Assembly (NCBI GenBank): GCA_964016885.1
Contig: OZ024758.1
Coordinates: forward strand, 30,132,001 to 30,196,000
Length of the DNA stretch: 64,000 nucleotides
Origin: Eledone cirrhosa
Lineage: Eukaryota
Direction: 5' to 3'
Position numbers and translations under genes: made by a program. Numbering within the stretch: the first letter of the stretch is position 1; each line of letters begins with the position of its first letter. The notes below the pieces were generated by a model that saw nothing but the letters and a program-made list of their open reading frames with translations, searched no databases and was not told the DNA's origin. Positions 56,401-64,000 of this stretch are shown here, piece after piece.

Positions 56401-56410
56401 ATATATATAT

Positions 56411-57295
56411 AGCCACAGTCAGAATGGGATGGAAAAAGTTCAGAGAGCTTATACCGCTGTTGGCCACAAAAGGTTTCTCTCTAAAAATGAAAGGCAGGCT
56501 GTATGATGCTTGTATACGAACAGCAATGTTACATGGCAGTGAGACATGGGCATTATGTGCAGAGGACCTGCGCAGACTGGAAAGGAACGAAGCATGTATG
56601 CTCCGTTGCATGTGTAATAGTAATATACGTGAACAGCAAAGCATAAATGAACTAAGTGAGAAATTAGGAATAAGAGGGATCAGATGCTGTTTACTTGAGA
56701 GAAGACTACGTTGGTATGGTCACGTGATGCGCATGAAAGATGACAGATGTATAAAAAAGTGCAGGGCGATAAAAATAGATGGAAGTTACGGAGTAGGTAG
56801 ACCCAGAAAAACCTGGGACGAACTGATAAATTCCACACCTCGCACACTGGACCGAGCTCTTTGGCGCTACGCAGTAATACAGAAGACCCGCCTTGCCTAT
56901 GTACAAAGCGAAACCTACAGTCAGTAGGCACCTCTTAACCAAATATACACCCCAATCTACTACCCCTACCCTATCTTCCCACTCCCACCAACACCACCCT
57001 CTCTCTGTAAAGTTGGTACCACAACATCCAGTCCAAATAAACGAGATAATGAGATGGAGATTGAGATCGTGTAGGTGTCATGAGAAAATACACAGTCCAC
57101 GCTGTAATGTGGTCGTGTAGGTAACATGGTAAAAAGCTCCCAGTGTTAGGAAGGGCATCCAGCCGTAGAAAACCTGCCAGATAGTCCTATATGAGCGAGA
57201 CACGGTCACCCATCCAACCTTGCCTCAAGTGGGACAACTCCCGTCTAACCCATGCTCGTGTGGAAAATGGACGTTAAACGAAGATGATGATGATG

Positions 57296-57297
<2 letters not shown>
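56411..57297 (+). mobile_element. 5'-truncated RTE (ORF C-terminus + 3'UTR)
   Basis: WKKFRELIPLL...MLHGSETWAL...LRWYGHV...GRPRKTW; (GAT)n tail. Confidence 0.9.
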
Positions 57298-57332
<35 letters not shown>

Positions 57333-57475
57333 CAACTTCATTTGCATATTCATCTTAATAATTTGAAATATTTGACTTTTCTTCTCTTTCCCCTCTTTCC
57401 TTTTACTATCCAGGAAAAATTTGAACTGTTAAGATCTCGTTCCTGGATATGTCACTATTTATAAAACAAACTTTG

Positions 57476-57536
57476 TATTTTATCTGATGAGAGCATACCA
57501 AAGTTTTGGTACCCTTGAAATATATATAATAGAATA
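57476..57536 (+). ncRNA. Hammerhead motif (family D)
   Basis: tattttat-CTGATGA-gagcaTACCAAA-gt-TTTGGTAccctt-GAAA-tatata-TA-atagaata. Confidence 0.6.
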
Positions 57537-58465
57537 AATATGGTTCTATAAATATAGTTTCCATTTATTAATATCATTGAATATTATACTCCAGAAAACT
57601 TGTTGAGTGCTTCGAATATGTTATAAATAAATTTGTTGCATTACGAACAAATTAAATATCCCTTTGCTTATATATATCATCATCATCATTTGTTTAACGT
57701 CCATTTTAAACGAAGATGATGATGATGATGATGATGATGGTATATATATATATATATATATATATATCAGCAAATATATATATCAACTAGAAATTGATTG
57801 ACATATATATATCTAAAATAAACATATGAAACAATCACAGGGAATAATTTGTAAAAGTGTGTAAGCACACACAGCTATGTAGGTAACTAATTAAAGTTTA
57901 ACTAGAACTTTAAAAATAGATACCTTATAAGTTGATTAATCTTCCTTGTATATATTTCATTAAAGAAATATATTTCTACAGTGGATGTGGCGCATATCTC
58001 TCTGACATGACACCCTTAATATAATTTAATTTTGGATATATATATATATCATCATCATCATCATCATTTCATTTAACGCCCACTTTTTCCCTGCTTGCAA
58101 GGGTGGGACGGGAACTGATATATATATACAGTAGAAAGATGGAGAATCGGAATATCGGCCCACGAAATCACGATAAACAATATCCGACATGTGTGGCAGA
58201 GGGCTCAATAGTTTGGAAAAACCAGAGCTATAACTATCGTTAAAATACCAACACACAGAGATCATGCCTAAAATCACCCGTGCAGCCGAAAAAGAACGAC
58301 CAGGAAAATTCGGGTCACTCAAATAAAATATCAATAAATTAATAAATTAAATGAATGTAAAAAAACTCTATATTTTGAGTATACATTGGTTGTATACCAA
58401 CACGTCAGTATGCAGATTGGAGCACTCGACGAAGTGCGCAGGTTGGTTTGGTTACTCCGGAGTAA

Positions 58466-59399
58466 TCTATATATATAAAACTGAGGTTGTCTGTCTGTCT
58501 ATCGATTTTTGGCACACATCTCTTAGAATCTCTCACGGAATTGCACCGAAATTGCTATACTTGTACATTGAGCCCTAGCGAAGACATCGGAAAAAAAATA
58601 TTTCAAATTGACCCGCCCTATCTGACGAAATCGAATATAATGTATCGATTTTTGAGCGTAAGTGATCAGTTATTTCCCTTTGTTCTGTTTACATTGAGCG
58701 TCTGCGTGCAAAAATTAAAAAAATTACGCTGGCTTTCTCAGCGAAGCCTTTTAAAACAATATTTTTACTTGAAAACAAGTCTATTTAAAGACTACGTAAA
58801 ACAAGCAAATATTTCGTAAAAAAAAAGCAAAAATTATATAAGTTTATTTAAAATATATGTATCTGTAAATTTCGTTAGGCGTGCAGACAGACAGTCGTGC
58901 AGACAGATAGTTGTGCAGAGAGGTGATATACGCGTGCAGACAGACAGTCATGCAGAGAGGTGATATACGCGTGCAGACAGACAGTCGTGCAGAGAGGTGA
59001 TATACGCATGCAGACAGACAGTCGTGCAGAGAGGTGATATAGGTGTGCAGACAGACAGTCGTGCAGAGAGGTGATATAGGCGTGCAGGCAGACATAACTG
59101 ATAATTTGGTTACGCTAATGTTTTTCTCTGCGTTGCAGTGTTTACATTTTCGATCTTTGTTAATAAATAACCAGTGCAGTTTCTATCCCCAGCATCCTCT
59201 TTTGTTATAACATTCGGGTTATCGTTATGTTTTCTTAACTTCATAAGGCATATTGTTGGTTGAGGGAATATTAATCAAAAACACCACATGCAAGTCTGCA
59301 CAGTAGACACTACAGTTTTTAAGCCAAGAAAGAAACTTAACATTGTAACTTTAACACAGCTACTGAGCGACCCCGAGCAACGCCGGGCTTTACTGCTAG
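58466..59399 (+). mobile_element. Non-autonomous Helitron with internal ~37-bp repeats
   Basis: A|TCTATATATATAAAACTGAGG ... CCCGAGCAACGCCGGG ... CTAG|T; empty site seen at ~2190-2215. Confidence 0.85.
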
Positions 59400-59455
59400 T
59401 GTAAAATAAAGTAAAATAAATAAGTCAAATGTTTAAAATTTAACTTTGTTTATTA

Positions 59456-59508
59456 CTGCTATATATATTTCGGTGACAGCCATCTTTGGCTGTGACCTCT
59501 TCAGGCAG
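59456..59508 (-). ncRNA. Hammerhead motif (family C)
   Basis: ctgc-CTGAAGA-GGTcACAGCCA-aaga-TGGCTGTcACC-GAAA-tatata-TA-gcag; canonical G-C closing pair. Confidence 0.8.
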
Positions 59509-59645
59509 TCCGAATTAGTGTGGTATAGACAAGTACATATGTTGTTGAGGTGTATAATTTTGTCAATACTCTGATATGCCCAGTTCCTGGTTGGGTTGTT
59601 ATTTCACTGAGGAACTGGAATCATATATAACCTCTGCATATATAT

Positions 59646-59860
59646 AGGAACAAATAAGACCCCGACGGCTGAGCTCAAGCCGTTTCGACGGCTAATTCTG
59701 GACTGAATTAGCCGTCCAAATTGGACAGAATTAGCCGTCGAAACGGCTTGAGCTCAGCCGTCGGGGTCTTACTTGTTCCTATTACCCACTCTACTACCCT
59801 AAGTATTGAGTACTTTGGTGCGTTATGGTCCACCTGGTTCCTTACCACATTTCCTTCGTT
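59646..59860. mobile_element. Palindromic family-G element
   Basis: Second copy of 733-933 in the opposite orientation. Confidence 0.6.
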
Positions 59861-60021
59861 ATATATATATATATATATATATATATGCAGAGGTTATATT
59901 TAATTTGTTGGGATTCAACAAGCTTAACATTTTTTTATAACTGATATAAAGCACTCAACAGATTAGTGGAGTAAATACACAATATATTAATAAATGGAAA
60001 CTATATTTATAAAACCATATT

Positions 60022-60087
60022 TATTTTATTATACATATTTCAAGGGCCACCAAGGCAAATTATGGTGCACTTTCATCAGATAAAATA
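60022..60087 (-). ncRNA. Hammerhead motif (family D), left arm of palindrome ~59991-60242
   Basis: Reverse complement of 60147-60212. Confidence 0.6.
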
Positions 60088-60146
60088 CAATAAGCTCCAA
60101 CCGTTTCTTTCTGGGTATGTCAATATTTATTTATGAAACAAATCTG

Positions 60147-60212
60147 TATTTTATCTGATGAAAGCGCACCATAATATGCCTTGGTGGCCCTTGAAATATG
60201 TATAATAGAATA
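60147..60212 (+). ncRNA. Hammerhead motif (family D), right arm
   Basis: tattttat-CTGATGA-aagcgCACCA..TGGTGgccctt-GAAA-tatgta-TA-atagaata. Confidence 0.6.
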
Positions 60213-60594
60213 AATATGGTTTTATAAATATAGTTTCCATTTGTCCCTTTATGATCTGAGTTCAAATCCCGCCGAGGTTAACTTTGCCTTTCATCCTTAC
60301 GGGGTCGATAAAATAAAGTACCAGTAATGCACTGGGTAATTGCTGGCCTTGTGCCTAACGTAGAAACAATTAATATATTGTATATATATATATATCTCTA
60401 TATATATATATATACTCCATATATATATATATATACTCCATATACTCATACCCCCCCCACACACACACACACATATATATGTGTTACCCCCCCCCCTCTC
60501 TATCATTTGCTGATTTTCTGTCTGTGTGTCTATCCATCTCTCGTGTCTACCTCTTTTAATCATTTCCTCTTATATTCTACTTCATTATTGTTAC

Positions 60595-61092
60595 ACTCTC
60601 TCCCCCTCTCTTTCCCTTATCTTCCCCCTCTCTCTCTCTTTCCATCTCTCTCTCCCCCTCTCTTTCCCTTATCTCTCTCTCTCTCCCTCTCTTTCCCTTA
60701 TCTCCCTCTCTCTCTCTCTCCCTTATTTTCCACTCTCTCTCTCCCTTTCTTTCCCCCTCTCTCTCCCTTACCTCTCTATCGCTCCCTCCCTTTCTCCCTT
60801 ATCTGTCTCTCTCTCTCTCTCTCCCTTTCTTTCCCCGTATCTGTCTCTCTCTCCCTCCCTCTCGCCAGTTCTCTCTCCTTCCCTCTCCCCACTTCTCCCT
60901 CCCTTCCTCTCACTCCCTCTCCCCACTTCGCTCCCCCTTCCAACTTCCCCCTCCCCACTTCTCTACCCCCCTCTCTATCCCTCCCCCTCCCCACTACAGC
61001 CCCCCCCTCTCTAAACATCTGTCTCCTTAACTATTTCCTTCCATGTGGAATCACATCACAACTGACATCACATTCTCTATTGTTTCAAGTAT

Positions 61093-61164
<72 letters not shown>

Positions 61165-62375
61165 CTGTGTGTGTGTGTATGTGTGTGTATGTGTATGTAT
61201 CTGTATGTATGTATGTGTATGTATGTATGTGTATGTGTGTGTATGTGTGTGTATGTGTGTGTATGTGTGTGTGTATGTATGTATGTTAATGTGTATGTGT
61301 ATATATGTATGTATGTGTGTGTATCTGTATGTATGTATGTGTATGTATGTTAATGTGTGTGTGTATGTGTGTGTGTATCTGTATGTATGTGTATGTATAT
61401 TAATGTATGTGTGTGTGTATGTGTGTGTATGTGTATGTGTCTGTATGTATCAGTATGTATGTGTATGTATGTTAATGTGTGTGTGTGTGTTAATGTGTGT
61501 ATGTATGTGTATGTATGTGTGTGTGTGTATGTATGTATCTGTCTCAGTATGTATGTGTATGTATGTTAATGTGTATGTGTGTGTGTGTGTATGTGTATGT
61601 ATCTGTATGTATGTCTATGTATGTTGTGTGTGTGTGTGTATGTTAATGTGTGTGTGTGTGTGTATATCTATATGTATGTGTATGTATCTGTATGTATATG
61701 TATGTGTGAATGTGTATGTGTATGTATCTGTATGTGTATGTGTGTATGTGTGTGTATGTGTGTGTGTGTATATCTGTATGTATGTGTGTGTATGTATGTA
61801 TGTGTGTGTATGTGTGTGTGTGTGTGTGTATCTGTATCTGTGTGTGTGTGTGTATCTGTGTGTGTGTGTATCTGTATGTATGTGTATGTGTGTGTGTGTG
61901 TATGTGTATGTATGTCTATGTATGTTAGTGTGTGTGTGTGTGTGTGTGTGTGTATATCTGTATGTATGTGTATGTATCAGTATGTATGTGTATGTGTGTG
62001 TGTATATCTGTATGTATGTGTATGTATCTGTATGTATATGTATGTGTGTATGTGTATGTATCTATATGTGTGTGTGTGTATATCTGTATGTATGTGTGTG
62101 TATGTATGTATGTGTGTGTATGTGTGTGTGTGTGTGTATCTGTATCTGTGTGTGTGTGTGTATCTGGATCTGTGTGTGTGTGTATGTATGTGTGTGTGTG
62201 TGTGTGTGTATATATATGTGTGTGTCTGTGTGTATGTGTGTGTGTGTATGTGTATGTGTGTGTGTATATATGTGTGTGTATGTGTATGTGTGTGTGTGTG
62301 TGTGTATATATATATGTGTGTCTGTGTGTATGTGTATGTGTGTGTGTGTGTATATATCTGTGTGTGTGTGTGTGT

Positions 62376-62407
<32 letters not shown>

Positions 62408-62430
62408 GTGTGTGTATGTGTGTGTGTATA
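60595..62430. repeat. CT-rich low-complexity tract followed by compound (TG/TATG)n
   Basis: Direct inspection. Confidence 0.9.
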
Positions 62431-62799
62431 TTAATGTGGACATAAAACAATTCATAACAACAACAACAATATCTTGTGTTTATGTTTTCTGATTTAGGCA
62501 CAAGGCCAGCAATTTTGGGGGAGGGGAAAGTTGATTAAATTGACCTCAGTGCATTACTGGTACTTTACTTTATCAAGCCCGTAAGGATGACAGGCAAAGC
62601 TAACCTTGGTGGGATTTGAACTAAGAGCATAAGGGCCGTAACTCTATGCCACAAAACATCGTCCAATGCTCTACCGATTCTGCCAATCCACCACCCTTAT
62701 AATAATTGTTTCTACTTTTGGCACAAGGCCAGCAATTACTCAGTACGTTACTGGTACTTTATTTTATCGACCCCGTAAGGATGAAAGGCAAAATAATAA

Positions 62800-63760
62800 C
62801 TAGCAGAATGGCCCGGCGTTGCTCGGGATTTGCTCTAGGGTTCTTATATATTTGATATATATTTATCCTTATCGAGCCTTGTGAAGTAAATACGTTTGTT
62901 TATATTTTGTTATTGTGTATGCAAAAATATCTGTACACGAATATATAATTATATATATATATATATATATATATGAAAAAATGGGGAGAAGAATACTGCT
63001 GGTTGCACATGGATAACATGTAATAAAATAAGTCCCTCATCAGTGATTTGCCGACGATCATAGATATTTCATTGCATTAAAAATCATGTACCTCACGTCG
63101 GTGCAATAATAACTAAATTAAGTTATTAGGACAATTAAAACGCGTAAAGCGAGTGAAACAAGATAACAACAAAGAGGATAGCTAACCGTAGAAGGAAGGG
63201 AACAAGCTTCATAGTTATTCTGTTAGCATAAGCTAGGTGAATATATGAGCGCTTAGAAAAAAGACCTTTCAGGAGCGAATTCAAATGTGAGAAAGAGAGA
63301 AAATGATTTCGTCGCGAACGGGGTGAAGTGAGAAGAGGAGAAACAGTGAGTGAGTGAGTGGAAGTGTGAGGAAGAGTTAACTGACATGACAGAGGGGGCG
63401 AAAGAAAGTAGGAGAAACAGAGAGAGCGAGGGAGCGGTAAGAGAGAGAGAGAGAGAGAGAGAGAAAAAAACAGCATCGCAGTAGGTAAATATATGTGAAA
63501 AAATGGGGAGAAGAATACTGCTGGTTGCACATGGATAACATGTAATAAAATAAGTCCCTCATCAGTGATTTGCCGACGATCATAGATATTTCATTGCATT
63601 AAAAATCATATACCTCACGTCGGTGCAATATATATATATATATAAATAACAGATTAAAGTTTAAGCAAAGAATCGCTGCGTTCACCCTTAACGGGATCTT
63701 CTGAAACTAAAAAATCAATCTGTGAACGCAGAAGTAAATATTTAAAAAAACATTACACAC

Positions 63761-63814
<54 letters not shown>

Positions 63815-64000
63815 TACACACACACTATATATACATATATACACACACACAGATAGCGACGTCATAATGTCGTAATGCAGACAGCCAGGTATTATAAGGG
63901 CGCAACGTTATATCTATGTATCTATCTAAAAAGAAAGACTAAGAATTATAGAGAGAGATCGCTAAATCGACTAATGCGGTCCCTAGGGTATTGAAAATTT
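62800..64000 (-). mobile_element. Non-autonomous Helitron running off the window, with a nested insertion
   Basis: Minus-strand CCCGAGCAACGCCGGG-ccattctg-CTAG|T 3' end at 62800; body matches 20765-20895 and 32225-32520. Confidence 0.7.
62974..63630 (-). mobile_element. Partial-tandem element (522-bp unit plus ~135-bp direct repeat) in (TA)n
   Basis: 62974-63108 is repeated at 63496-63630. Confidence 0.75.

Noticed and set aside
61043-62501. Cys/Val/Tyr-rich ORFs
   Set aside because: (TG/TATG)n microsatellite

Overview
Repeat-saturated, AT-rich eukaryotic DNA with no confidently identifiable host gene. The repeat landscape (tRNA-type SINEs, RTE LINE with (GAT)n tails, dense (TA)n/(CA)n) is most consistent with a coleoid cephalopod such as Octopus; this is inference. 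Contents: one long 5'-truncated RTE LINE (APE-RT, one in-frame stop), 3' fragments of RTE, CR1-like and L1/Tx1-like LINEs, two SINE families, piggyBac-, hAT- and mariner-type MITEs, non-autonomous Helitrons, and several minisatellites that arose inside transposons. The main unexplained signal is about 16 minimal hammerhead-ribozyme motifs (CUGANGA-stem II-GAAA, some degenerate) from about 7 unrelated short families. Most sit in (TA)n tracts, often as foldback palindromes; one family shows compensatory stem changes, and several share a TYGAGTRCTY 3' motif. This fits a radiation of non-autonomous Penelope-like, ribozyme-bearing retroelements. Almost all listed ORFs other than the LINE ones are microsatellite or minisatellite artefacts. 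Coordinates were counted by eye and may be off by a few nt.
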